Shown one piece after another: positions 23,796 through 37,100 of a stretch of 64,000 bases of DNA. This stretch comes from Octopus vulgaris. Its lineage: Eukaryota. Below the pieces are notes generated by a model. That model was not told the origin of the DNA and did not search any database. It saw nothing but the letters and a program-made list of their open reading frames with translations. The DNA lies in the NCBI GenBank assembly GCA_951406725.2, contig OX597816.1, positions 150,288,001 to 150,352,000 of the forward strand, in the 5' to 3' direction. Made by a program: the position numbers and the translations under genes. Position 1 is the stretch's first letter, and every line of letters begins with the position of its first letter.

Positions 23796-24619
23796 TTATA
23801 GAGGTATATATCTACTTGTTCATAAATATGGATATAGATTGTATGTTTCTCGGTTATATACGCCAACAGATCACCCAGGTGACCCGACTTTCAACTACCC
23901 AAATTTGACACTTATGTAGGCAAAGAAGTTTATATTTAGATCATAATTTTAGAACCATTGAGTAATTAAATCTACATCTCTTTTACGAATTATCTTGAAT
24001 GTGAATTTACTTGTAAAGATTGGCACATGGTATATTGGGTTAAATGTTCCCTTGTATAGAAAAAAAGCTGGTGAGCTACCCACAGGACTTGAACCACGCA
24101 CCTGCAGTAATCTGGTCTCTCATGATACTTTTACAACATAACACTTCTCCAATTTTAGCCTTCCGAGCGAGACACGGAGTTTGTTTACATTTAGACTGTA
24201 GTTTCTGAAGCATTAAGAAATATGAACGCAAATTTCTTTAGCGATTTAAATGTAAACAAACGAAGTTTGTTTACATTTGGATCATAATTTTTGAAGCATT
24301 GAGAGATATGAAAATAAGTTTCTTTTATCAAGTATCTCGCATGCGAATGTAACTATAAATAGTATCCCACAGTAAACTGGTATCATAACCATCCGATTTA
24401 CAGTTGATGCCTGGTTTGATTCCCACAGGTTGTTATACATCTTTTCACTTGTCCATGGGCTTTCTTTATGCCAAAATATTGTGAGTTATTATTTTTGGCG
24501 TGTTTCGCATTCGAGATTTTTTGTAAAAGAATATTAATACAGTCCTTTATTTAAGAGATGAGGAATTATGAACATTATTTACATTTGACGGGTTTTTGTC
24601 ATCATCTTGTTTATTGTTA

Positions 24620-24663
24620 ACACAACGTTGCGGCTGATATACCTTCCAGCCTTCATCAGATGT
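24620..24663 (-). ncRNA. Minimal type I hammerhead ribozyme motif (GAAA mutated to GCAA)
   Basis: Minus strand: ACAU-CUGAUGA-A-GGCUG(gaaggtatat)CAGCC-GCAA-CG-UU-GUGU. Confidence 0.6.
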
Positions 24664-24731
24664 TTTGGGGAAATTTCGAACCTGGTTCTCATTTCTAAGG
24701 TATTTTTCGATGTTGTTGTTATTATTATTCA

Positions 24732-24803
24732 GGTCACTGCCTGGAATCAAACTCGGAATCTAGGGGTTAGTAGCCCGCGTTCTTAACCAGTAAACCATAT
24801 GCC
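24732..24803 (-). pseudogene. tRNA-like sequence (SINE head; loop CTACTAA), not a functional tRNA
   Basis: GGCATA-TGGTTTACTGG(A box)-TTAAGAAC-GCGGG-CTACTAA-CCCCT-AGATT-CCGAG-TTTGATT-CCAGG(B box); acceptor and T stems are imperfect. Confidence 0.65.
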
Positions 24804-24898
24804 TACGGGCATAATAATAATAATAATGATGATGATGATGATTAACAACATCGAAAAATACCTTAGGAATGAGAACCCGGGTTCAAAATTTCCCCAAG

Positions 24899-24942
24899 AC
24901 ACCTGATGAAGGCTGGAGGGTATATCAGCCGAAATGTTGTGT
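24899..24942 (+). ncRNA. Minimal type I hammerhead ribozyme motif
   Basis: ACAC-CUGAUGA-A-GGCUG(gagggtatat)CAGCC-GAAA-UG-UU-GUGU. Helix I and II pair perfectly; the helix III CG has decayed to UG. Confidence 0.7.
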
Positions 24943-25313
24943 TTACAAGAAACAAGATCAGGACAAATATTCGTCAAATGTAAATAAAAGAATATTACTT
25001 GCATATTTCTTCATGCTTCAAAAATTATGGTCTAAATGTTAAACTTACTTTCTTGCTTGTAAGATAATAGCGTCTAATTTGTCTCTGAGACTAATAAGTC
25101 TCAGAATCGTTTAAGTGTAATGGTTATATGACCGTCCGGGGTGTGGTAGATACATGGCTCGAGTCCCTGAGATGGCTGTCGCTTTTCTTCTGTGCTGGAG
25201 TTTTTTTTTTTTTTTTTAACTTACTATATTATGAAGTATTATTTAAAGGTACTTTCGCATTTACTCTATTTCGTAAAAGAAGTGTTTTTCTTCATATTTC
25301 TTGGTACATAACA

Positions 25314-25352
<39 letters not shown>

Positions 25353-25355
<3 letters not shown>

Positions 25356-25809
25356 TAATCCCTCGCCATATCGCGGTTCATCTATCGCAGTTTATTATTT
25401 AAGCTTACGTCGATTTCTCTGTGATGTTGTTTCGCATTTATAATAAAATAAATATATACAAATTATAAAGATAATAAAAAATATACAGTACAGTACTGTT
25501 TCTTATTTCTTTACTGCCCATAAGGGGCTACACACAGAGAGGACAAACAAGGACAGACAAACGGATTAAGTCGATTATATCGACACCAGTGCGTAACTGG
25601 TACTTATAAAATCGATCCCGAAAGGATGAAAGGCAAAGTCAACCTCGGCGGAATTTGAACTCAGAACGTAGCGGCAGACGAAATACTGCTAAGCATTTCG
25701 CCTGGCATGCTAACGTTTCTGCCAGCTCGCCGCCCTTTCTACTTCGCGGATTTTTATCTATCACAGGGTTTTTTGGAACGTAACACCCTCTATAGTCGAG
25801 GGATTACTG
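25353..25809. mobile_element. Tigger/pogo-like MITE interrupted by a Family B SINE (25504-25735, -)
   Basis: TIRs cagtaatccctcg / cgagggattactg, inserted at a (TA)n tract. The inner SINE is flanked by TTTCT duplication (25499-25503, 25736-25740). Confidence 0.85.
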
Positions 25810-27339
25810 TTCTTAGAAGCATTGCACACGTATATATACACACTTGTGTATACATGTATATTTCTGTTTTATATATATATATATATGCTAGCATGGAAAG
25901 TGGACGCTAAACGATGATGATGATGATATATATATTTATGGTTGTGCATATATTTTTTTAAAATATGCATGACATTTTTTATATCATCTCTTAACACATT
26001 CATCTTCCATTTTGAAGTGGATTGGACTGTGTGTGTTTGTGTGTAGGTATTAATAAATGTGTTTGTGCACTCTGGAAGATTATGACTAAGTTTGTCAGTC
26101 CACTATTACAAAACAAGTTGATATTGAATACAAAGTATTTTGTAAATAGTTTTGTTCATTTTCTTACAGCATATTCACCATTGTTTCAGCAAGACAAATA
26201 TTTGTGTAGCTTCAAGGAAGTTATAGTTTTGGATTTTTTGGACTTGTAAAATTGCATGAATATTGGTTTGGGAAGAGGGGTGGGTTGACATTGAAATAGG
26301 AAGGGGTAGGTCTTGGAAACAGAAAGTTCATTTGGAAGCGATTTCACAATATTGAGACAGAAATAGGAAAGAGGAAACTAAGAAGATGAGAAAAATGTTT
26401 GAAATGTATTAGAATGGTAAGGATGGATAAATGGGAGCTAGGGTTGGTGACTGCGTGTAGGTGAAGTCAAGTTTGGAGAAGAGAAGTATTATGATAATAT
26501 TTGAACAGAATGACAAAGAAGTGAAAGGGAGAAAGATTGAGGTGAATATAGAAGTGCTGGAAAGAGATACGAACTCGTAAAGGTAGATGGAGTGCATCAA
26601 CTTTTTTATTCAATGCAGGCACCTGTGGTAATTACTAAAGTTACAGTGAGAGTCAGGAGTGACTCGTAAAGAAATGCAACATTGAGATTTGATCACCATA
26701 TGACCTTCACGCACAGTAAAGTTCACGAAGAAATAGTTGTCATTGTGGTTGCCATGTTGTTAATGATGAAATCTATTTTTACACATAAGAATGTAGTATA
26801 ATGAATATAGAATTGGTGCAGGCATGAATATGTGGTCAAAAGTTTGCTTTTTAATCACATGGTTTCAGTTCAGACCCAATTCATGGCCCTTTGGGGAAGT
26901 GTCTTCTATTATAGCCCTTGGTTAACCAAAACCTTGTGAGTGGATTTCATTGATGGAAACAAAACTTGTGTGTGTGTATCATCGTCATCATCATCATTTA
27001 ATATCTGTTTTACATACTGGCATGCGTTGGTCAAGGCTCCAATTGCCAGTTGGCCAGGCTCCAATTGCCAGTTGTGTCATGGTTTCTATAGCTGGATTCT
27101 TTTCTTAATGCCAACCACTTTTACAGAGTGTGCTGGGTGCTTTTTATATTCCACTGACACAGGTGCATTTGTGCAGCACTGGCACAAGGGAATTTTGCAT
27201 GGCACTAGCACCTGTAATGGTCAAGCTTGTATGTATGGATAATGGTGATTTTACTTAGCTTAATATGTCTTCTCAAGTATAGCAAATAATCACAATCCCT
27301 GGTCTCTTGTCATTTACTCAGTGAGGCCCATGCATTTTA

Positions 27340-27710
27340 ATCAGCATAGCATTCCCTGGTGACAACAGGATCATTGAAAAAGTAGTAAAAATAGACAACT
27401 ATGACAATTTGAAGCAGGGAAATATGAAGGTTGTGGTCAATGAGGAGAGTAGACCTGATACCGATAGTAATTGGTGCACTTGGAAGTATCAGTACTCAAC
27501 TACCAACTTGGCTGAAAAAGATTCATGCAAGTGTGAAGGTAGAACACCTACTAAAATCAGCATTACTTGGAACTGCAAGAATTCTTTGCAGGGTTCTTGA
27601 AGCATGACCAGTAAACAAGTGTCACTCTAGTCTGCTGGCTATGGACAGCTGACACTGTCTATCATACCCAGCAAAATAAGCTGTGAGTTTTCATCACAAA
27701 ATAATAATAA
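27340..27710 (+). mobile_element. R4/Dong-type (restriction-like endonuclease) LINE 3' end
   Basis: Frameshifted peptide IAFPGDNRIIEK..KIDNYDNLK..RLWSMRRVDLIPIVIGALGSIS...LLKSALLGTARILCRVLEA*, typical of the RLE C-terminus; ends in (AAT)n. Confidence 0.8.
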
Positions 27711-27714
27711 TTCT

Positions 27715-28112
27715 GCCTTACTTTGGCACAAAGCCAGAAATTTCAGGGGAGACAAGTTGATTACATTGACCTCAGTACTCAACTGAAAGGATTGTGACAT
27801 TTGAACTATAATGTACAGCTGGAACTTTAATGCACTAAGCATTTTGTCCAGAACAGTAATGATTCTGCCCATTCACCACCTTAATAATTATGATAATCCT
27901 TTCCACTATAGGCACAAGGCCTGAAATTTTTTGGGGAGGGGCTGGTCAATGACATCAGCCCCAGTATTTGACAGGTACTTATTTTATCATGCCTGAAAGG
28001 ATGAAAAGCAAAGTCAACTTCAGCAGAATTTCATCTTAGACTCAGAAGATACAGCTGAAATGCCACTAAGCATTCAGTTCAGTGCTCTAGTTATTGTGCC
28101 AGGTCGCCAACT
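27715..28112 (-). mobile_element. Two tandem degenerate Family B SINEs separated by (AAT)-like tracts
   Basis: ggcacaa...gaaattt...ccccagta...gaaaggatgaaaagcaaagtcaac...ctaagcatt motifs occur twice. Confidence 0.75.
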
Positions 28113-28859
28113 TAATAATAATAATAATAATGATAATATAATAATGATACTAATTAAACGGTACTGCAATTTGCTTGAAGTATTGCAGTATGTGTATGTA
28201 AGATAAATGTTTGAAAACTCTTTGAGCAATGTGGATGAAGAGTCATTTTAGATGATGTCAATAAATGAAGAAAAAAGACAAGATATTGTATTACTTTTCG
28301 TTTAATGACCCTATAATATTTTGGGAAAAATTCCCCTTTTCAAATAAAAGAAAGAAAATAGAGTTTAAATAGTTTGTGTATCAACTGTATTAGTTGTGAT
28401 TGGATGAGGTAGGAATTGTCAGCAGTAGTAGGTAATGTGGTGTGGTAACAGCAGTAGTAGGTGATGTCATAACAAGTTAGTGCAGGTGTTAAAGGAATGG
28501 TGGGAAAGGTCATTGATCAACAACTGAACTCTAACTACCTTTAGTATTCATATTATCCTGTCAAATGTAATGCTTATTTATTCTCATTGCATTGAATTAA
28601 TCATGCATTACCTCATAGCTTTAACATTTTGATTATGTGATTCTTTTTAAAATGGCAGTGTAGGGTAGGTGTGAGAAGCAGTTTGAACATAAAATGAATA
28701 GAAAATTTTGCCTAGATATGGCTGGTTTAAGTACTAAAGAGTTATGGCAAGATTACTCATGCACCACACAATCTTCCCTCCACTCTAAAGGAGATACTCT
28801 TTGTTTATAGTGCAAAGGTTTATAGTGCTCCAAATTTTCTTAACTCATTTTTTTCTCTG

Positions 28860-29420
28860 GCTGCTATGCTTTTGGTACAACCTCTGCCACTGCTTAGTAG
28901 ACTATCTAAGTAACAAAAGGTATCAGCTACTTCTAGTGAATCTTTTGAACATTTGAAGGAATTTATTTTGCATGTATTCTTATTACTAACTACTCCTGGG
29001 TATTTGACATGGACAAACTCTGTCTTCTCTTCATCCTGCCTGGTCCCATTACTTTGTGGTTATGCATATTTTACACTAAGTACACCATAAGGAATTTCTA
29101 CCTACTCCTTTTCTGTGTACAGAGCCTGGCCATTTCTCTGAGGATAGCAAAGCTTTCTTTTTTCTACTTATCAAAACTTTAGTCTTTGTTCCATCTCTAG
29201 AATTTCTTCTCTAAATCTTATACAGGTCTTTAAATCTTCTGTTGTGACTGGGGTAGGACAGATGAGTAAGAGTGGGCTGAGATCTAGATTTCAATGGAAC
29301 ATTAGATTTGTTGTTGCTTGAACTCATTACTCCTACTTGGCTGACTGTACCTCTGTACATGGCTTGTACAGCTTCACAAACTATTATCAATCTATCCCTA
29401 GTTTCTGTAGTAATCACAAG
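28860..29420 (-). mobile_element. Highly decayed RTE LINE RT fragment
   Basis: ORF 29211-29432(-) contains EAVQAMYRGTVSQVGV, like RTE VRAVQAMY..A.SKVRV; parallels 6650-6720. Confidence 0.55.
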
Positions 29421-31959
29421 AACACAGATCAATGAATATCAAGTATAAAATCTAATATTCAAGTACTTTACAGTTGTTTCACAAGGATGATGTTGGAGCA
29501 ACCAATATTAGACCAACAATCATCAAAATTTGAAGTAATATTATATTATGACAATTAAATGAAAATATTTAAGTGTAGTCATTTTCTTTTTGTTCTTAAT
29601 TTGAAGTTGCTGGGCTATGACTGTCAGCTTTGATTTTTAAATATAATTAAAATCCCTGAGAGTCTCCTGTTATACTTCACCATTGTGATGGTTTATAGAA
29701 TAAAATGACAGTGATTTTAGGTGCACTCTTGCATGCCATATTATGTTTTGTATTCTATGCAGTAAAATAAAATCATTGTTAACTAAATTATTTTATAACT
29801 GATATAATTATTTGATATATTGTATTCCATTTATTTAACAGAAAATACACATCTTTATTTATCTCATTTTCATATCAGAATTAATAGGTGTTGCTATTCC
29901 TTGCCATCATATGCTCACAAACTGTGAAAATTTGCAGACCTTTTTGACCAGTAATATTTTTTTTTAAATCAAAGAATTGTAAAATAGTAAAATAGAACAA
30001 CAAGAAAATTCCTTAAAGTCATTAAAATAATATTAATTGAAACAAAATCTGTTGTCTAGTAGTGTTAGGAGACTGATTAGAATACAATGATAACAACTGA
30101 TAAATCGATGAAGCATATAGCCAGTGTATAAATAGCAGCTGAAGAATAATACAGTATTGGTTTTGTGGGAGGCAGTGAATTTGATAAAACTGAACATTAG
30201 ACTCAGAAGTTGTTTTAATTTAACATCTGTTTTTCCATAGTAGCATGAGTTTACCATGTCCGACCAACACCACACACTATCGCTAAAGCAGCTGGAAAGA
30301 GTTTTTCTCATTAAATTTTTAATATTTGTTTTATATGCTCGAAATATTTTTACAGAGATCTAAGAGCCATAAAGAACAATGTCCTCCTGCTGCGCTACAA
30401 TCCCTGACATTGGTTTTCATTTCCATTTGTAATTATTTTATTTTCCTATTGCCCTTATATTGTTATTGCCCTTAAGAAATGTGTGAACATTTCTAAATCT
30501 CATACTCCATTCCCTGTAAAACTGAAGCTTTTTTCCACAATGATAAATCAATATTTTTACAGCAAAAGAAGGTAGTGGGCTGAGAGAAACAGTAAAGTGC
30601 CAGACTACGTATTTTACAGTTTTTAGCTTTCTATTTCTATGTTATGAATTCAAATTCTCTTAATATCAACAACAGAAATAAATTGATGTTGATTTAATTG
30701 ACTGTGCTCCTCCCTTATGCCTGCTGGGAATTTTCTATGCAATCACTCAAACTATTAGAAATAGCAGTCTAATCTCCTTCAAAGTTCATGAAACCATTTA
30801 AAAAATTAGTTCAATATCCAATATAACTCAGCTGTGGATATAATATACCAAAAATGAAGACAGGATGGTCACAACTAAAAGCTATTTGTTGTTAAACAAT
30901 GACCAATATTTTACAAGATGTTGACATGGATAAGATATACTGAATTTTTAGTTCATATCACACTACAAACTTTACATTGTCTCTCAGAATAAAAATATTT
31001 TATTCTAAATACCTGAGGATAGACACAAGCCCTAAGAAGTTTTTTTACACTGAGTCTGTGTGAATATCTACTTTTCATAATGTTAACCAAAGTTATTTAA
31101 GAAATTGAGCGATGTACTGAAATAGTGAAGAAATAATGGAAAATAGTAATGGTGAAAGAAAATGACATTAAAATTCCTGTATATTGAGCAATATTCATTT
31201 CTTTTGACTAGTTTTAAGTTATCTATCATGGAGAGTATGTAAATTGAAACTTATTAGCTATTGCTATTTATTTGAAATTAATTTTGATTTCCTACATATA
31301 AAAGAGATATTCATTAAGTGCCTATTGAATGGTTTCTCCATTTATACACAAGACTGACTTTACTACAATGGAGGACAAATGAAATTCAACAAGTGTTGGA
31401 AATAATCCCAAATAAGACATGAACTATAGCATCATTAAAACAATGTGGTCTTTATAGTTCAGATATCAATTCATAAAGGAAGAAAACACCATCTTCACCA
31501 CAACATTGCATTTGTTTAGCATGTGCTGCTCTAGAATGAAGGTGTGCATAGAATGATGAAGAATAAGTCAGAAAAACCAGATTCTTTCATCTTCCAGTTG
31601 CTATGATTCTTTCTTGGCATTCAGTGGCGAAAAAAAATTTGCAATGTACAACCTTACAAAAGTGTGGCTGCAGATAATTGTCTTGACATTGTAGACATTT
31701 GTTGGTACCTATTTGGATACACCCTTCAATTTGTCCAAATCCATAGCCTTTGGGATGCTGTAATGCACATTAAGAAATACAAATTCCTTTCCTCTTTCTG
31801 AATCAGCAGTAGAACTCATGCTTTCAACTAATTTTATCCTTATTGTTGCTCAGCCATCCATTTTGGCCTTCCTATTCTTCTTTAATCAGAGGTTTGTGTA
31901 TGCATTATTATATTCACAAGAGATATTTATTATTTTTCTAACTTACTGGGTCTGGAGGA

Positions 31960-33200
31960 AGAGGTAGTGCTCAGGGCTTTTGCAGGCTTTCCAATACTAA
32001 TAAGATCAGTACTATGTTTCATATAAACTGTTGCGAGTTAATACTGGCAGAAAAAAACATGAGCAGGGAAGGAGTTCCAGAGGGTCAACATTCTGCTGAG
32101 AAAGGACTGGGTGTAGTGATTAATGCAGGACCTGGGGGTTTGGACACAATGTGAGAATGTGACAGAAGATCAACCAGATCTGAGTAGCAGAGGCTATTAT
32201 AGAAAAGGAAGAGCAGTCTAAGTACATCGTATGTAGACCAGAGATTGGTGCATATCTGAGTGGCTTTATGCCAGGTATTCAACTAGCCTTTCTGTAGACA
32301 TGGTCTAAGATGTCTAGGTACAGTAGTAGCACCATCCCAAGTGTGACAACAATATGCCATTATGGATTTCCCCTGAGCTTCGTAGAAGGTCAGTAATTGT
32401 TGGAGGCTCTAATATTTTCTAGCCCTGAAAAGAAGCGCTAGTTTTTGAAATGTTGTCTTAGTTATTGTTGAAGATGTGATGTTGCCAGGAGAAATCTTTG
32501 GTGATAGTGAAACCTGACACTTGGAACAACCATGAGAGTTCTAACTGCATACTTCTCATGTCTAAGTGGGGCTGAGATGTGATCATGTTTTCTTGATATG
32601 TGTTTTTTTGCAGTTGAAAGAGACAAGATTGGTATATCCTGAGTGGAGGATGCTTTCTGTTTATTGAGTTGGTGCAGGTTTGATATGTGTGCATAGGTTG
32701 CATGTGAATGATGCTTGCTTGAAGAAGGTGAATAACAAATGGCAGATATTACAATCAGTGTAAGAGTGAGTGTTGTTGGACATAACAACAAGTAGATCAT
32801 TAATACGGTGAAGGAAGAGAGTAAAGGAAAAACTACACCAACCTTATGATGCACCAGAATTGATTTAGAGTGTAGTACAGAGACTTTAATCAGTATATTT
32901 GCTTGACTGTGCTGCTATTTAGGTGAGAGATGTGAATAATGAGGAGAGTGAAAGTTAATATGCATGGGCACCATCTTTCAGAGTGAAGCATGAGTAAAGA
33001 ATGTCTCGAAGTAGAATAATTTGTGGACTTTTTCTGCTAGTAAGAGTTGACAAGTGGAATACAGGCTGAAATGAAGTGGGTTTAGTTCTGATTTGGGGCA
33101 TCTTGGGGAAGTTTAAGTGATGACACTGCATTGATAGGTCATGGAAACTCCCTGTCAAAAGCTTAGTCTGAGTGCTTGCTGAAGTGTAAACTTCACTAAA
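31960..33200 (-). mobile_element. Decayed Jockey/CR1-group LINE RT fragment
   Basis: Minus strand ~32750-32860 reads NSGAS*GWCSFSFTLFLHRINDLLVVMSNNTHSYTD, a degenerate SGVPQGSVLSPTLFLLYINDL...HSYADD. Confidence 0.6.
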
Positions 33201-33909
33201 GGCACCTATTTGTCTACTACCAAGAAAAAGAAATGAGTGATGAATCTCTATGCTCTTTTATAACAGAGCTATATTTGCAGAATAACTGAAAAAGGTTAGC
33301 AAAATATCTGTAGACCCAGTCCTTTTTACAACAGTGTTCATTGTGTTGAGGACAGTGGGGGAGAAAAGAGAGAGAGAGAGAAGATGTTATTGTATGTCAC
33401 CAAACAATTTCACATTTTGTCTTTTGAAAGCTGATAGAAAAGTTTTGTAGTTCGTAGTTTTTACGATGATTTTGTTCCTAACATTTACAATAGTTCAATA
33501 TTTTACAAATGGAATGCAAGGCATTTTTCTGGAGCCTCTTTCATTTCAAAGTGCCTAACATTTTTCTCACTATGAACACCCCATGTCAATGATGCACATA
33601 TCTAAAGTACACTTAAAATAGCTATTGCTCTTAAAATGATCTTTGGTAGTTATTGTAATCAATATATTTTCCAAATATGGTCTAATTTTGCTAAAGTTTA
33701 TGCTGTTGCTGCAATCCAGCAATTCACTTATTTTTTAATCTCCTACTGCTACTTTTCTTTGTAAATGTTTAAATGCTATTTTAGTAAAATTGACTAGTTT
33801 CATTTTCTTCTTGCTAGTTATTATTATTTTACTTTAACCAGCCCTTACTTTCATTCCATTTCTTCTTAAAATAGTATAAAATGTGTTGTTAGATCTAAGT
33901 TTTTCCTCA

Positions 33910-34120
33910 TCTTATCCTATTAAATCAATATCAGTGGTAAAATAGAGATTGCTGACTTCTCTGCCATTTACTCATTTTCTTCAAAAGATTCAATGGCTTC
34001 CATTATTGTGTATTCAAAATCATTGAAAAGGCTTAGTGAAAGAACACATCCTTGTTTAACACTAGCTGCTGTTTTAAACCAGTTACTTAGTGAATTTCCG
34101 ACCAAAACCAGACTTTTCAG
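33910..34120 (-). mobile_element. RTE LINE RT fragment
   Basis: Minus strand: VLVGNSLSNWFKTAASVKQGCVLSLSLFND...VNGREVSNLYFTTDIDLI, matching GVRQGCLLSPxLFN and NLRFADDIDL. Confidence 0.75.
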
Positions 34121-37100
34121 AATATTGGACTATCTTAAGGCAATAGAACTAGAAAGATTTTGATATCAGCTGCTTATCTTCTCCTTATTTTCATTATTAT
34201 TGGAAGTTGTTTGAAAACACATCAAGATCTACAGTAGTTTTGAAAAATGGCTAAACCAAGGAACAATTGAAAAGACTTAACAGATTTTTATTATAAAAAA
34301 TAGGGCATAAATAATTGGAAATATATGATCTTTGGTAACAAGATACTGTTAACAAACATGTAAGAAAATAAAATATTTGATGGACTCTGAATGAATGAGA
34401 GGTAAATTTAACCTTTGATGGATTTAAAACAAAGTGTACCTAATGATAGGAACTAAACTGTGTATACAACTATAATGACCTTTACGAGTCTTCTCAGACT
34501 GATGAGATTGATGTAATTGTTTAGTTTGAATATCTCTAGGTCAGTGTTGGCAGAGTGGTGATGTGTGCGAGGGAGAAGAGTTATCTGGGAAGGAAGGATC
34601 TGTAAAGTGCTTAGTGTGTTGTCTGCCAGGTGAGATACAGCGGTGGTGATGAAAAGAATGGAAACGAACGTGTCAGATGGTTGTGGCTTGATTAAGTTTG
34701 CAACTAGCTAATTCACATCAGCAGAATCCTTTGCAGTACTGGTTGAAGTGGCTTTTACACAGCTAGCCATGGCTCCTCAACAACAACAAACTTTTGCAAC
34801 TAACTTTGGCTCTCCACCACTGACATGTTCTCTTGCTTTTTGTAGCTGTTCAACACCCAAGTAAATGTGAGAGGAAATTTTCAGCACCTTTTCTGGAGCA
34901 TGATGCAGTATTAATGATTCTTAGGCTGACACACCCATCCACTTTGCTACATCTACCCACTCAACAAACAGTAACTGTTATAACCACACTCTTACTTAAT
35001 TGTAAATACTACTGATGAAACCTGTTATTGACTCTTCACAAGTAACAGTTTTCTGCAGTTGTGATTTCCACCCGTCTCCTTTTCAACTTAATGAAATGTG
35101 TTAGTAATGAATTCCTATTATCAGTTAATCAAAAACCTTTATAAGAGAAGGAATCTTTTATATCTATTTATTTGTTTAGTGTATTTTTCCTTCTTTTCTG
35201 GATTAAAAAAAAATAAAAGTCAATCCTTTATAATTAATGAGCATGGTAATGTCCTAATTAACTTGACCTAGTTATTTTTTGTCTTGATCTTTGTTGTTAT
35301 CAACCTATATCACTATTATTCATTTTCCTCTTCTCTTAAAACTTGAAAAATCAATTGAGTCTCTAATACTTTTTCCTCCTCCACAGCTATGTTTCAAAAT
35401 GTTTTAAGACATTTAAACAATATAAGGGAGGGGGAAGTGCATATGTATTCTCACACACATACACATACACAGTAAACATGTAGTTCTTCAAACTAGTCTC
35501 CTTTCTTAGTCTAAAGAGAAGTTAATTTAATTATCTACTTATTTACCATTTATTCTATTTTGTGAAAATATTTCTTTGCTAATCATTGAAAATTAGATTT
35601 TCTAGATGAAAGCTGGGTTTGATCCTTGCTAACAATTGCAAGCACATCCTATCAATGGTCTGTCACATTGATCATGATACAGACAACCAATTATTTTTTT
35701 TTTCTCTTTTCCTCTAAATGTGCTCCACCTTAAATTCGTGGTCAGCATTATTTACAACAGACTACCAGAATATTTTATAATGTTCCTTTCTTAATATCAT
35801 TTCCTGACACCAGCTAAGTCACTCAATATTCCCAGTGCATCTATTGTAGGCTTAGAGAACCTACTGTTAATGCTAAATTGTACTTCTACATATTTTAAAT
35901 TCAGTATTCAAAGATGTAGATCTAAAATAGTAGAGCTTTCTACTTAATTATGCCACCCCATCATCTTCCAAATAAAAAATAACTATGATAATTGTTTGTG
36001 TGGGTGTGCATGCATGATTATGGATACTGTTATTAGAAAACAATAAGTGTTTTGATGTTTCATTTTTAATCTTAATTTTAACAAACTTAGTGGACTAGTG
36101 CTTTCAATATAGCATCAGACAAAATGCCTTGGGGTACTTGACCTGGATTTTTTCATTTTGAGTTCAAATCTTGCCAAGCTCATCTTTGCTTTTTATCCTT
36201 CCAAGGTTGATAAAATAAAGTACCAGTCCAATATTGGAGTGGGTTGGGGGCTGACATACTCAGTTGTTTCCTCCCAAGTTTCTGGCCTTGTGCTTATGCA
36301 AGAAATTATCAAGTTCAGATCCCACTAAAGTGACTGCTTTTTATTATTCCAAGATCAACAAAATATAATACCAGTCAAGCACTGGATCAATATAATTTAC
36401 TATTCTCTCTTTCATAATTCCTGGTACACTGCTTATATTATAAATCAATATTAAAATTTACAAATTTCCCAAGATAAAATTACAAGATAAAAATTATACC
36501 AGTGTCTAGGTTACAAAGAAAATGCAGGTTATATTTGGAAGTAGCTTTTAATTTCATATTTATGAAAAGAGCAGACTTATCGTAGCTATTGGTCATTGGG
36601 AAGATGGCTAATAGTTTGTAAATTAGAACACTTAGTAAAGAGAAAATTAACATTTATTTTGCTAGTGAATATGTAATTTCTCAACAGAGAAATTCAGAGT
36701 TACTATATCTGTGGTAATTGTATCAAATGCTAGTCCTTATTTTGTTACCAGTTCCTAATGATTTCTCCCTTGACTAAACCAATTATACATATAGTTTCTT
36801 TTATTGCTAAAATATTATCTATAGACTTTCATTACATTTGACTGCATTGTTTCAGTTTGCATTTTAGCCCTTAAAATGTGAAACTAAATTTCTCATTTGT
36901 TGTCTTTAATAATTGTAGACTGCTTTGTTGCGCGAAATTTTTATTTTAATTAATTAGTGCTGATCAAATTTATAGAACCATGTGGCTTAATGTGTGAGTG
37001 ACATATTTTAAATGATTTGCCAAGATAAACATCCAAGTTGGTCCTTCACTACATACTGAATAATACTTGGAGAACAGCTCCTCTACTCTTAGTTTACCAT

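Larger units (their letters stand above)
24545..24990. mobile_element. Head-to-head inverted dimer of a tRNA-headed, hammerhead-containing non-autonomous retroelement
   Basis: Arms 24575-24717 and 24844-24987 are reverse complements. tRNA-like head at 24732-24803(-). Pivot hairpin tatgcc-tacg-ggcata at 24798-24813. Confidence 0.8.

Noticed and set aside
28775-28830. aag gag ata ctc ttt gtt tat (KEILFVY) resembling DCP1 exon 2 GTLFVY
   Set aside because: Lacks the conserved EKT..EG residues and the expected exon length and donor; likely chance.
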